Source: Leptogorgia sarmentosa (taxonomy: Eukaryota). From it: DNA of 64,000 nucleotides. The DNA lies in NCBI GenBank assembly GCA_964658305.1, contig OZ210884.1, positions 3,100,001-3,164,000 of the forward strand. The letters are read 5' to 3'. Shown here piece by piece: positions 13,214 to 25,747 of the stretch. A program made the position numbers and the translations under genes. The notes below the pieces were generated by a model that did no database searches, was not told the origin of the DNA, and saw nothing but the letters and a program-made list of their open reading frames with translations. How positions within the stretch are numbered: the first letter of the stretch is position 1; each line of letters starts with the position of its first letter.

Positions 13214-14584
13214 CCTGAAGTGCTATACCTACGCCGGCCCCGTGTGCTGTTGTGTGTCACATAGCAGCACTTTTTTGGTATTTTTTTTCCAAGAATACAA
13301 ATTTGTAAGTTCACTTTGTGTTCCGAGTACTGCTCATTGTGTTCCGAGTATTCTGTTCATTTTAGATTCTTTTGCTTCGCACAACACCCACGGGATTAAT
13401 TGTCCACGGAAATCGATCCATGCATGCATTGACAGGAAATCTTATTGTTCTGAATTTCCTAATATTTCCTGAAATTATCAAATATCATGATATAAATTTA
13501 TCGTGCGGATATGAAAGCTTTATTCTGCTCCTAAAAGTAATTCATCGCTTGCTTCTAATGTTTGTTTTGATTCGTTTTCACTGTTCCAAGCACTTTCGAT
13601 GTCCAGCTGACTGAGAAATTGGTTCAATTTTTTTTTATTTTCGAATATTAATAGATTTCAAAATTCCGAAAAGATTCGTACTACATATAATTACTGGTCT
13701 TTTCAGCAGGTTTGTATGTTGAAAACTTTGCAATACTATACAACACATTTGTTCAATAACAATTCATGGAACGGTGAAAGCACTTAGCTTTGAAAATCAA
13801 ATGTATTATTGTTTTGCTTCTTCCGAATCTCTTTATTTTCCCTTCACTTATTAAATTTAATTTCCCCACTGGAATATAACGTATGCAAGTGAATACTTTT
13901 TATAAATTCCTGATGCCATTGATTGGTTATATTTGAAATGTTGTTTTGGTTTGTTTTTAAGGTTGCCAAGCACTGCGGATATCCAGCGGTTATTGGGCTT
14001 ACTCCAATTTTTTTTTTGCAAATTTTCTATAAGATTTGAAGATACGATCATTTTTCGAAGTCGCGGTCAAGTTTGCATTCCGAGAACTTACAATAACACT
14101 TCATGGAGTAGCGTTTTCTTTAAAAGGTATGGTAGAGTCCAATACAACATTATTTAACGTGAAAGGTATACAAAATTAGCTAGTATAGTACACATTGCTA
14201 TTCACACATTGCTATAGTTCGCTTGGCTATATTAATATGCATTGCTATACATTGCTATACTTGGCTAGGCTAATCACATTGCTAATGCTACGAAGATCTT
14301 CAGATCCTAAAATGTCTAAAATAAAATTGAATTTATAATAAACATGTAGGTTATAGCGCTCCGGATATAATAGAAAAAAAAAGATGAAGTTAAATCATAG
14401 TGTCTCACGATTAGTTTAATGTCGTTATCCTTAATACAAGGTTTACATTCTGGTAGTGTTCTACATATTCCGCTATTACATGCAGAGGGTTGCACATAAT
14501 TAATGGCCTGATACCGGTAAACGATTTCCTGATCCGGCAAAACGTATAGTTCTAAAATATGCGCTTGTAGGAAGTTTTAGAAAT

Positions 14585-14675
14585 ATCTTCCCTCTCTATA
14601 GGAATAATTTCGTATTTTGTTTTATAATTTCGTATTATCTTCCCTCTCTATAGGAATAATTTCGTATTTTGTTTT
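14585..14675. repeat. Local ~40-bp direct duplication
   Basis: atcttccctctctataggaataatttcgtattttgtttt occurs twice. Confidence 0.8.
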
Positions 14676-17600
14676 GCGCAATCCAGGGCGTTTGCCTCAT
14701 TTAAGAAATAGTATATATACATTTCATGATTTATTTTACGTTGACCAAAATCTCATTCGCAAATTTTGCTGTTTCTTTTTTGCAGTTGATAATTCAGTTA
14801 TATAACTTTAATTTACATCATTTGTTTTGGCTCTTTAATTACGTAGTTATTTTCAGTATAAGTTGAAAGTTCACTATGGACTATATACTGGTTGCAACAA
14901 TTCCCGTTGCAAAAACTAAAGTATTATAATAATTTTATCCCTTCTAATTTAAAATATGAATCACCTCTGGTATTTACACTTTACATATAGATATCAGGTT
15001 TAGCTTCATTTTAATATATTCTACCATGTGAGCTCAATAAATTGAAAAGGACGGGGACTATTTGTCAGATAGAAATCTATTCTTCATTAACTCTTTCACA
15101 ATATACTTTATTTCGATCCCATATTTTTGTCAGAGCTATAGTTCTGATAACCAAACATAATTACGAAATTTTAACAGATTTCATAGAGAAACATATATGA
15201 CCGAGTGAACATTATACAAATAATGAATGTTTGTAAGTGCAATGGTATATGAATATTTTCATGAGGTGAAAGATGGAATGTTCTATTCAACGGGGCGAAT
15301 TTAAAGAAAATATATTATTGTGGAAGCGATAAATGACGAGAATTAATTGATGAGATACCCGAAAACTTTGAATGGCTGCAATAAATTTGTTTTCATTGCA
15401 TGCGTATATATTGCTCACACCCGTTGTTCTGAGCATACGCCAAGCGGCTGAAAACAATAAAACGGTAATTGTGTGTTTGCCAGGGCCTCCCTGAAACAGG
15501 CTTTGTTCTATCCCTATACTTCCAGTTCCTCGTGCCAGTTGCTATCTTTAGATTGGAAACAACGAGCGACTAGGTAGCGACATTCGATAGATATTAGCTT
15601 GTCTTAAAAGATACTGCCTGAACGATACAATGAATAAGGCAAGCAATTTTGACTCGTATACATTATATCGCGCGGCTAAATAGCTGTATCAAAGTTTTTT
15701 CGAAATAATTTCCTGAATTCCTTTGGAACAGTTATGATGTTTGGCGAAAACTATTTAGCATATTATCATACGCGCAAGCAGCGTAACCCACATAAAATAT
15801 TTGAGATGGTTTTAAGTGTTTACTATATGCTATTAATATCCAACAGAATGCATAATTTAATCTAGAAGATTTTGCGGGCAATTAACCGAAAATAGCACAT
15901 ATTTAGCTAAAGTAATACGGAACTTGAAGCACCGTCATTTGCATGAGTTTCTGGAAGGCGTCCGTATACTCAATAATTGTAACCTTCAAGCAAATAAGCC
16001 TTAAAATTTATGGAATATTCTAATATGTATAGCTATGCTCAAATTCACTATATTTGTTATGACGGCAACTTCAAACTTCTTTTTTTTCGTTTTTTTAAAG
16101 AGGGGCGGGGTATATCATCCGGTAATAATTACCTCGTGGCGACTGTCAATTAAGAGGTTCAGATCTGATAACGCACGAACTACGAATGTTTCGAATAGCT
16201 TACAAACGATCATTTCATAATTCATCAAAGAAAAATTCAAATATAAACAAAATTGAAAATGAGGAAAATAAATTCTAAATTGCATTAAGAACGAAACTAC
16301 CGACATATTAATGATTATTTTAAAGTAGTGCACTCGATGATTCACTAGAAATGAATTGTTCAATTGGTTATTAGTAAAAGATCTAGTATATTCTTTGTAT
16401 ACGGTGAATTGATATTCTTGTTTGGTATACCTAAAACCAAGTATACGGCAAAACATCTGACACGTCTAGCCCGATGTGAACGGGAATTTAATATTCTGTA
16501 GGAGGAAACCTTCGATTTGAATCGTATGCAATGAAATATAGCTAACAAAGCTATTTCGTATGCGATATGCATTAAATTCTATATCCAATTAAATATCGAT
16601 AGTTTACAATTCGCGCCGAGCTCCTTTGACTGTCCACAAGTCTCGTTCAGTAAATTTATTGGATAAGATATAAATAGTTGGCAAAATTTGATTACGAATA
16701 GGTGCACATTGTGGAAAAACTACAATACATTGTGGCCAAAATTGACGCAAAAAGAGTCAGATTAATCGCACGTATGAAGATAATTATATGCAAAATTGAC
16801 AAAATACAGCCTTTTGCAAAATAATTTATTTGCAGCTTCACGAACTTTATACGCCGCTCTTTCCACATACATAATGGTCGTGTCCTCTCTGGGAGGTCAA
16901 AAAGTTTAGCGAATGTAAAATTCTTGTTGCATGTTGCACAAATGTTCTTGAAATTACGAATCGAGCAACAGATTGGTTCTAGCTGAATGGATTATAAGTT
17001 ATAGTGGTCGAGTGGATAATTGTGGCTTTTCAAGGTTTAAAAATAACTGTACTAGGAATAACTATTTGTTGACTTTTCTCCACCCGAACAAGCCACTGCA
17101 ACCAATTCTCTGGTCGTATCAAAACTGGCTAACAGGGATATTTTTATAAGAGTTTCATATATTTCGCAATATGAATGTATACTCTACGATCATAACTTAC
17201 GTTGTATAGCTCATAGCTGTTTCAAATTCCATATAGACAGCAAAAATTTTCAGCCAAGCTGATAAAATTTCCCGTGAATAAGGACGCTAGATCTTGTGAG
17301 ACGAATTCCACGTAATGTGGCCTACCGTAATCATAATAAATAATTCTTTAATGCATATGATCATGAGGTCGAGTAGGATATGAAGAATTATTAAGGCTAA
17401 TTATTATAAAGGTGTGTTATCTATTTGCCGAAGGCAAGTGCGACAAATCGGGGCAAAGAACACAAACTGCGGCCTTAATAATTCACCATATCGTACGAGA
17501 ACCGAATTTGAAGGGGGGTTACAGTCCCTAATGTAAACAAACGCTTTGTTTACATTTTGAGTTGCTATATTTGTAAAATTTGATTGAACTACTGAATATT

Positions 17601-18127
17601 TGACACTTTTCGGGTTTGCTATGCTCCTAAAACAATGTGAACCAGCGTTTCGATTCAAAAAAGTTTCAAAAATTGCGAAATTTGGACAATGTTTACGTTT
17701 AGTAGTCTCCTTTTGTTATGAGCAGAACCGATGCGCAGAATCGACTGTAACCCCTCTTTAACAATTGTCTTATTGTCTAATTGTATCATGATTCGATTTA
17801 GTGTAAACGATTGCATTGTAAACAAGAACTTGTATCTTTCGCCGCTTTAACATAAGCAGCATAAATGAGTCGACGTCATAATGTCATATAATTTTCGACA
17901 TGCGACATAATTACGTCATAATTTCGTACATGTGTTTTACCGAGTAGAAATGAAGAATTCACCCACTGCTCTTAACAAATCAAAACTCTTGTATTATTTT
18001 AAATAAATAACAATTAATTTTATAGAGAACAATTTCCGCTGAGATCCTCGCTCGATGTGGTATCAACTTGTTTTTATTTGTTTTAGCTATTACTGATATT
18101 ATCGATGCTTCTTTTCTGTTGACACAG

Positions 18128-18194
18128 ATGTCTTTTGGATGGAAGATCGTCGCGATTAGGTTCATTGCGAGTTTGGTATTTTGCAAAGTTGAAG
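18128..18194 (+). CDS. Gene B, first coding exon: signal peptide MSFGWKIVAIRFIASLVFCKVE(x)
   Basis: ATG directly after acceptor cttttctgttgacacAG, donor AG|GTAGCT. 67 nt ending in phase 1, compatible with the downstream phase-1 exons. Basic residue followed by a hydrophobic stretch. Confidence 0.65.
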
Positions 18195-18924
18195 GTAGCT
18201 ACTATGAGGCACGACTAATAAATTAATACTAGAAATATATGCATGCCGCAACTTTAAAACAAAACGTTAGGAAATTTCCCCCCAAAACAATATAGTGAAT
18301 GGATTTAAAACACAACATTGAAGTGGGGTGGTGATAGGGGAGAGAGCCATTATTGTTGGTGATTATTAACGCAATGCCATTGCTAAAACCGTTGATGTTA
18401 AAACTACTTTTTTGAATGATTCTACAGAATATTGCGCAACTACATTTTGGAAAAAAAAGCTTGAAAATATCATCCATTTACCAAACATAAACCTATACTA
18501 GTAGTCTTTCGAAATCGAACTGTGAACAGTTTGTACGTTGGTACGCAAAAATTTTAGTTCAATCACTTTAAGGTGGCCCCCTATAGTTATTGCGTTGTAT
18601 AGCACGCTTTTTGCAATAACATCCGACATTTCTTCATTTTGTAAGTCACGAAATCTGCCAGTAACATAGCCCCAATAATGGAAACTGCAAAAAAGTAAAT
18701 ATGTACGTGTTGACAAAAATCTTCGTTGCCATAACAAGAGGTATTCAAAATAGCTCAAATTTTGCAGTTTTTCGTAATTTTTCTTATTTGTGTCAAAATT
18801 TAGGCCAAAGTGTTTAAAATTTTTTTGTTCAATTTGGAATACTAGTGGAACATTATATAAAAAATTAACATAACTGTTAAAGGATGATTGATTGTAGGAA
18901 AACGACTCATCATTCGCACAGTCA

Positions 18925-21270
18925 TACAAAAACATTTCTTTTTTAGAGTCTGGTTTGATTGTATTATGTAATATATTGAAAATATCTAAAGTTCGCAAAA
19001 AACTAAAGTAGCTAAAAAATTTTCAAATTTTAGTAGTGTCGACAACGATTGTGACAACAACCGAGCCAGGTAATTTTTCTTTTAGTATTTTGTTCTAAGA
19101 AGAAATTTTTGCTGCATTTGTTTGCTGACATTTAAATGCTTCATTATTAATGCAGACAATATATTGGTTAAACCAGCGATTCCTTTCATACTTCTTTGGA
19201 AGTAAAAAGGGGTCAATAATGATTGATTATAGTTGGAAAATGACACATCAGTCGCCCATTAAAACAAAAACAAGTCTTTTTTAGAGTCTGGTTTGATTTA
19301 ATTTGATAAAAATGTGAAATTATCAAAAGTTCGCAAAATTAAAGTATGAAATGTTCAATTTTAGTTTTGTCTACAACGCCAAGTTCATCGATTGTGATTA
19401 CAACCGAACCAGGTAATTTTTCTTTCAATATTTTGTTCTAAAAAGAATTTTTTCCTGCATTTTCTTGCCTTACATTTGAAATTTCAGTATTGGTGGAAAC
19501 AATATTTACGAAAACCAGGGATTCCTTTCATATTTCCATGGTAGTAAATAGGGGGTCTATAATGATGATTGTTGGAAAATGGCACATCAGTCGAAAATGA
19601 ATACAGGAACAAGTCTTTTTTAGAGTCTGTTTTGATTTGATTTATTATGTAATATAGTGAAATTATTTTAAGTTCGCAAAACTAAAGTATAAAATTTTAA
19701 ATTTTAGTAGTGTCGTCAACGCCAATTTCATCGATTGTGACAACAACAGAACCAGGTAATTTTTCTTTTAGTATTTTGTTTTGAAAATAAATTTTTCCAG
19801 CATTTTGTGGCATTACATTTTAAGTTTCATTATTGGTGGAGATAATATTTATGAAAACCAGCGATTCCTTTCATATTTCCATGATAGTAAATAGGGGTCT
19901 ATAATGATGATTGTTGGAAAATGGCACATCAGTCGAAAATGAATACAGGAACCAGTCTTTTTTAGAGTCTGGTTTGATTTGATTTATTATGTAATATAGT
20001 GAAATTATTTTAAGTTCGCAAAACTAAAGTATAAAATTTTAAATTTTAGTAGTGTCTACAACGCCAAGTTCATCGATTGTGATTACAACCGAATCAGGTA
20101 ATTTTTCTTTCAATATTTTGTTCTAAAAAGAATTTTTTCCTGCATTTTGTTGCCTTACAATTGAAGTTTCAGTATTGGTGGAAACAATATTTACGAAAAC
20201 CAGCGATTCCTTTCATATTTCCATGGTAGTAAATAGGGGGTCTATAATGATGATTGTTGGAAAATGGCACATCAGTCGAAAATGAATACAGGAACAAGTC
20301 TTTTTTAGAGTCTGTTTTGATTTGATTTATTATGTAATATAGTGAAATTATTTTAAGTTCGCACAACTAAAGTATAAAATTTTAAATTTTAGTAGTGTCG
20401 TCAACGCCAATTTCATCGATTGTGACGACAACCGAACGAGGTAATTGTTCTTTTAGTATTTTGTTCTAAAAATAAATTTTTTCTGCATTTAATTGCCTTA
20501 CATTTGAAGTTTCATTAATGGTGGAGACAATATTCAGGAAAAGCAGCGATTCCTTTCATATTTCCATGGTAGTAAATGGGGGTCTATAATGATGATCGTT
20601 CTGAAATGGCACATCAGTCGAAAATGAATACAAAAACAAGTCTTTTTTAGAGTCTGGTTTGATTTTATCATGTAATATAGTGAAATTTTCTAAAGTTCGC
20701 CAAAACTATCGTATAAAATTTTCAATTTTAGTTGTATCGACAACGCCAAGTTCATCAATTGTGACAACAACCGAACCAGGTAATTTTTCTTTTTGTATTT
20801 TGTTCTAAAAAGAAATTTTTGCTGCATTTTGTTGCATGGCTGCGTTAAAATTCTTCATTATTGGTGGAGACAATATTTAGGAAAACCAGCGATTCCTTTC
20901 ATATATGCTTGGGAGTAAATAGGGGTCTATAATGATGAGTGTTGGAAAATGGCACATCAGTTGAAAATGAATACAAAAACAAGTCTTTTTTAGAGTCTGG
21001 TTTGATTGTATTATGTAACATAGTGAAATTATCTAAAGTTCGCAAAACTAAAGCGGCTAAAAAATTTTCAATTTCAGTAGTGTCGACAACGCCATGTTCA
21101 TCGATTGTGACAACAACCGAGTCAGGTAATTTTTCTTTTAGCATTTTGTTCTAAAAAGAAATTTTCCCTGCATTTTGTTGCCTTATATTTGAATGTTTCA
21201 TTTTTTGTCGAGACAAAGTTTTATAAACTAGCTATTCCTTTCATGTCTCGTTCGAAGTAAAAATGGGACA
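18925..21270 (+). repeat. Block 1 of the ~345-bp intron+microexon array, 7 units
   Basis: Exons at 19034-19069 (36 nt), 19365-19412, 19708-19755, 20050-20097, 20393-20440, 20732-20779, 21078-21125. All AG..GT, phase 1-1, no stops. Confidence 0.92.
19365..19412 (+). CDS. Representative 48-nt PTS microexon of gene B (VLSTTPSSSIVITTEP)
   Basis: caattttAG|TTTTGTCTACAACGCCAAGTTCATCGATTGTGATTACAACCGAACCAG|GTAATT. Confidence 0.8.
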
Positions 21271-21481
21271 TTCAATTTTGTCGTAAATTAATTAAACCTG
21301 GTACAAATAATTTATAAGTAAAGTGCCTGTCTGTAGCCGAGAAAGAGACATGTAGATTTTAAAAGTAATAATCCTACAGCAAGTTTTGAGTAATAATAAA
21401 CACACAAACTTGCCCTAATTTTAAAGCGATGTAGCTACACAATATTGTGTTTTTTAAAACTTTAATTTTTCCTTATCACAG

Positions 21482-21754
21482 ATAATGCTACATGTGAAGC
21501 AACAGGTGATCCACATTACACAACATTCGATGGAAGACGTTTCGAGTTCATGGGAAAATGTGAATATGTTCTGGCTAAAGACTGTGTGAACAACTCATTT
21601 GAAATCAGACATGTTAATGAACCTTGTGGAAATGGACAACCTTCCTGCACGAAATCACTCACTGTGATTTTCCCATCAATTGAAAAGATCAAACTTCTTC
21701 GAGGAAGTGTAGTTTATAATAACATGCCGATCTCATTACCAGCAACATATGGTG
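21482..21754 (+). CDS. Gene B, vWD domain exon 1, copy 1: [35 protein letters not shown]...LPATYG
   Basis: Acceptor ccttatcacAG, donor GTAAGT. 273 nt, phase 1-1. C-x3-GDPHY-x-TFDG von Willebrand D signature. Confidence 0.95.
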
Positions 21755-21894
21755 GTAAGTTAAATAAATAAACAGCAGGTAAGTTGCGCGACGCTACGAT
21801 ATATTATATTTCATATAAAAAAAGGAGTGCTCAATGGAAAAAAACCGACGTAAAGCGCATGGAAGGATATACAGTCGGGTATTTTTCTTTATAA

Positions 21895-22262
21895 ATAGCC
21901 ATATAAAAACACGGGCGTTGTTTGAGTGCTCATTAGAAAACCCGTGTTTCTAAAACACGATAGAAAGGCGAGAATTTCCCAGCGGGTTGCGTCGATTGCG
22001 CGGGAAATTACAAAACAAAATGAATCTTTGAATGAATGTAAATAAAATCAATAAATTAATTTTTTAATTTTTTTTAAAAGCATGATTGAAATTGAAAACA
22101 ATTTTTCCGTGTCTTTATTGAGTTATAGGAATACAAAGGTATAGGAAGTTTCGGAGAAACTCGAAATTGTGTGGATTCCTACGGAATTTCTCGTTTCTCC
22201 AAAATTTCCAAGCCTGTTTTTATAACTCTATAGAAAGACGAAAATTGTTTTTTCTTTTTTAA
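21895..22262. mobile_element. Intronic non-autonomous hairpin element (second copy about 30918-31285)
   Basis: Imperfect inverted arms aaacaatttttccgtgtctttattgagttata / tataactctatagaaagacgaaaattgttt and ggagaaactcgaaatt / aatttctcgtttctcc. Boundaries approximate. Confidence 0.45.
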
Positions 22263-22719
22263 ATATCAAGACATTGATAGTTATTTTTCATACGTTGATG
22301 TATTGGTGCATATGAAAAGAATTTCAATCATAATTCTAATCCAAAAATCTTGTTTATAACGTTAATTTTTTTGGCAGGGAAAATTTGAGATTGACGATGA
22401 ATTACATTCCAAAATATATTTCTATTTATTGTGCGTTTGTATAGCTACCTGTGTTTTTAGGACCAATCTCTTTTTTATTTTCACTCGTTTGTACATACAT
22501 TGAGTGCAAGTTCAGTAAAATGTACTTGATGCGTAATTTTTGTGCCTTTTCCAATAAATTAGTGATTGCATTTATAACGAAATACTGTAGTGCTAGACGT
22601 GATAGTACATTGAAGAACAGCGTCACATGCAAAGTAACACTGCTTGTATATGTATAGTTAAATACAGCGAAACTCGTTATTAGAGAATAAAGATTTTAAA
22701 AGTCCCTCTTCTTTATTAG

Positions 22720-23226
22720 TTGTAACTATAGAGCTCCACGGCGGAGTAACATGGGTAAAAGGTGACGGTATTACAGTGGAGTGGAATAATGTGTATAACG
22801 TGAAAGTGACGGTGCTTGGTCGTTATCTGAACAGAACATGTGGTTTGTGTGGGACATTTAATCGAAACCCGAGTGATGACTTCTTAAGACGGAATGGTGT
22901 AAACTCAGGCAATGCAGTGGAATTTGGAAATTCTTGGAAAATTGATCCTGACTGTGAGAATGCAACAGAGTTGGAACACCCATGTAACACTCATCCGGAA
23001 AGAAATGCATCAGCTGTAGCTAACTGTTCTGCATTAAGAACTTCACTTTTTGAAAACTGTACTATTTCTCCAGGATGCTATATCGCTGATTGTGAATATG
23101 ATATGTGTGGGTGTGGTGGTGATCGTACAGTTTGTTTCTGTCAAGCAATACAGGCTTATGTCCGTGACTGCTCCTCAACTGGAGTAACCATCGACTGGCT
23201 GAGTGATCCTCGTTTCGAACAATGCG
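22720..23226 (+). CDS. Gene B, vWD C-terminal half plus C8 domain exon, copy 1
   Basis: Acceptor ctttattAG, donor GTATGT. 507 nt, phase 1-1. TCGLCGTFN..DDF..FGNSWK (vWD), then Cys-rich CEYDMC..CFCQAIQAYVRDC..IDW (C8). Confidence 0.95.
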
Positions 23227-23426
23227 GTATGTTATGTTTTTTCTCAGTTTATGTGGCGAATTTTAATCGCATGTAGCATGCAACATCAATTGCGCTAAAA
23301 CTACCACTGTCTTCGTAAATGATCGCTACAATAAGGCAAAGCCCCTTTAATTGTTGGTACGTTTTGCCCTTTGTGGATATTTGGCAGAATTGTTAATTGG
23401 GCCTCCTAAAATCTCAGGTGCTCGCT

Positions 23427-23693
23427 CACATTCAATTTTGTCCTAAATTATTTAAGCCTGGTACAATTAATTTATAAGTAATTAAGTGCCTGTATCTACC
23501 CGTTAAAGAGACAAGTAGATTTTAAAATTATTAAGCAAACAACATGTTTTGAATACTAATAAAAACAATAACTCCCCTATTTTTAAAGCGATATACACAA
23601 TTAATATTTTGTTTTAAAAACTTTTGTTTTTCCGTATCACAGCCTATAGTACATTTGCAGCAACAGGTGATACACATTACACAACATTCGATG
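23427..23693 (+). pseudogene. Decayed copy of the intron end and first ~17 codons of a vWD exon (GDPH changed to GDTH); second copy at 32451-32717
   Basis: Aligns by eye to 21268-21532. Truncated after TFD and out of frame with the following EGF exon. Confidence 0.75.
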
Positions 23694-23715
23694 TGTATTT
23701 ATTTTGGTTATATAG

Positions 23716-23832
23716 GTACTCCATGTGCTAGCATTCCATGCTTAAACGATGGTTCTTGCACAAATAATGGTTCGTTTTCATTCTCCTGCTCATGTCTTGC
23801 TGGGTTCTCAGGTGCTCGTTGTGAAAACGAAG
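23716..23832 (+). CDS. Gene B, EGF exon, copy 1: GTPCASIPCLNDGSCTNNGSFSFSCSCLAGFSGARCENE
   Basis: Acceptor ggttatatAG, donor GTATAT. 117 nt, phase 1-1, six-Cys EGF pattern. Confidence 0.92.
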
Positions 23833-24133
23833 GTATATAATTTTTGTCAGGGTTTAATTAATTCTTTGTAGGTAAATTTGAAGATTAGTGCATATTATCG
23901 TCAAATTTTGCAACAGATAAAGGTTTGTTCGAAAAACAGCTATGATTGTAAGAGGATATCATCATCCCAAAAAGGGAAGAATCAAGATGCAAAATATAAC
24001 ATGAAATATTAATGGCAAGATATCTAAATCGAAACACAAGTTAAATTTGTCATTTTCCGGTAAGGGAGGGCTACCCTGCTGGTCTACGGAGTATTTTTCA
24101 AACATGAAGTATTTGTAAATTGTGAGCTTTCCG

Positions 24134-24268
24134 GTCAAAACGTCTCCAAGTCAAAACGTCCCCAAGTCAAAACGTCCTCAAGTCAAAACGTCCCCGAGTC
24201 AAAACGTCCCCAAATCAAAACGTCCCCGAGTCAAAACGTCCCCAAGTCAAAACGTCCCCGAGTCAAAA
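24134..24268. repeat. 16-bp minisatellite (gtcaaaacgtccccaa), 8 copies plus a partial
   Basis: Directly visible. Adjoins the Helitron fragment. Confidence 0.95.
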
Positions 24269-24289
24269 TTTATTTAATAATCCTCACCC

Positions 24290-25747
24290 AATGCGTAATC
24301 TGACCCAAACCTCAGAAATCAAACATCAGTTTCAGAATTTGACCTTGGTCACAAAATACTGACCCACTACCTGCACCGTACATTGGCTTATCACCAACAG
24401 GTGGCAATTGACCAAATTCACCCATCAAAATTACTGACATACCACCAAATGGGATATCCTGCTTTCCAGTGCCAGCACGTAATCGATTGTCCAGTGATGA
24501 TAACATTTTATGTCCAATCATCGACATTTCATCTACAATCAGATACCTCTTACCTTCAAGTCGCAACTGTAATCGCTGCAATGAGTCACCCTGCCTGCAA
24601 GTCCTTATATTCATGAAAAGGAAGTTGAGCAGCAGAATGCAACGTTTGACCATTAATGCTAAAGGCTGCAATGCCAGTTGTTGCTGTAACAATGCACTGG
24701 GCACCGAATACCTGCTTTACCACACTAGTTATCAGATATGTCTTACCTGTCCCAGCTGTTCCACTCACAATCATGTGAACAGCTACTGCAATATCACCAT
24801 TGTGCGAGGTGATTACGTCAAAAGCAATTCGTTGTTTTTCATTCAAGGTTGTTATGTCAGTGACGCAGAGGTGATCTTCATTGTACTGTTGTCCAAGTTC
24901 TTCAGCTTCCCTTCTTTTACTATAAATCCATCCTGGTGATTCTCTTAACAAATCCCTAGGTATAGCTCTGATCTCTTCAAACCAATCTACTGCCTCATTG
25001 TCTGACATCTCATTCCCTGCTTCTTGAAACTGTTGCTTGAGTCTGCATAACAACATCCAATCGTCAACTTCCTCCTCGTTGAAAGCATCGGCATCACCTT
25101 CATCATCGCTTTCTCATCATTCTCCTCATCGTCACTTTGACAATTTTGTGCAGCATGAACCAAATCTGTTTCCTCTGAATATTTAAACACATAATCTTCT
25201 GCAGAATCACATAGAAGAAACATATCGTACGTCCTGAAAAACATATGATTACTTCCCTCCTCATTATTTCAAGCATTTGAAGGCTCCCCTTCCCATGGCT
25301 TGAACGTTATTAGCTGAAACGTAGAGTATTGACAAAAATCTGGACCACCAGGATTGGATGAAACCTTTGAAAATGTCCTCACAATGCATGGATTTTTCCG
25401 TCTGGTCAACGCACCTCTGAATTTAGTATACTGGGATATATACTGCATCAGACTTAATTGGGACAGTCCTATATACCTACTATTAACAGCTGGACGTTCT
25501 CCACAGTCTTTAAGCAATGTTTTCATCTGCTTCACTTTCAGGATCAACAATAACCTTTCGACTGTTCTCTAAACAAACAGTAACAAAGCCAAATGAACAT
25601 CTTATTAGAGGCAAACTTGGTAACATATGTCCAGTTTCTAAAGCTGCCATATCTCTGTCTCCAGCTATTTAAATCATAGCTTTCCTGATAGCCGAAGATT
25701 CTTCATCATTATTCTGTAATGAAGAAACAGTCAACTTTAATATATCA
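24290..25747 (-). mobile_element. Helitron-type RepHel fragment (Pif1-family helicase N-half), frameshifted, copy 1
   Basis: Motif I SGTAGTGKT, Ia ATTGIAA..GQTLHS, II LIVDEMSMIG, III PFGG..ILMGEFGQLPPV. Upstream GDRDMAALETGHMLPSLPL is typical of the RepHel linker region. Several frameshifts and stops. Confidence 0.85.

Noticed and set aside
18229..18998. 166-aa and 82-aa minus-strand ORFs
   Set aside because: The longer one starts inside the array edge. Neither has a recognisable motif, and both lie antisense in the intron after the signal-peptide exon.
24383..24939. Cys-rich plus-strand ORFs (also 33407-33963)
   Set aside because: Antisense shadow of the helicase fragment.
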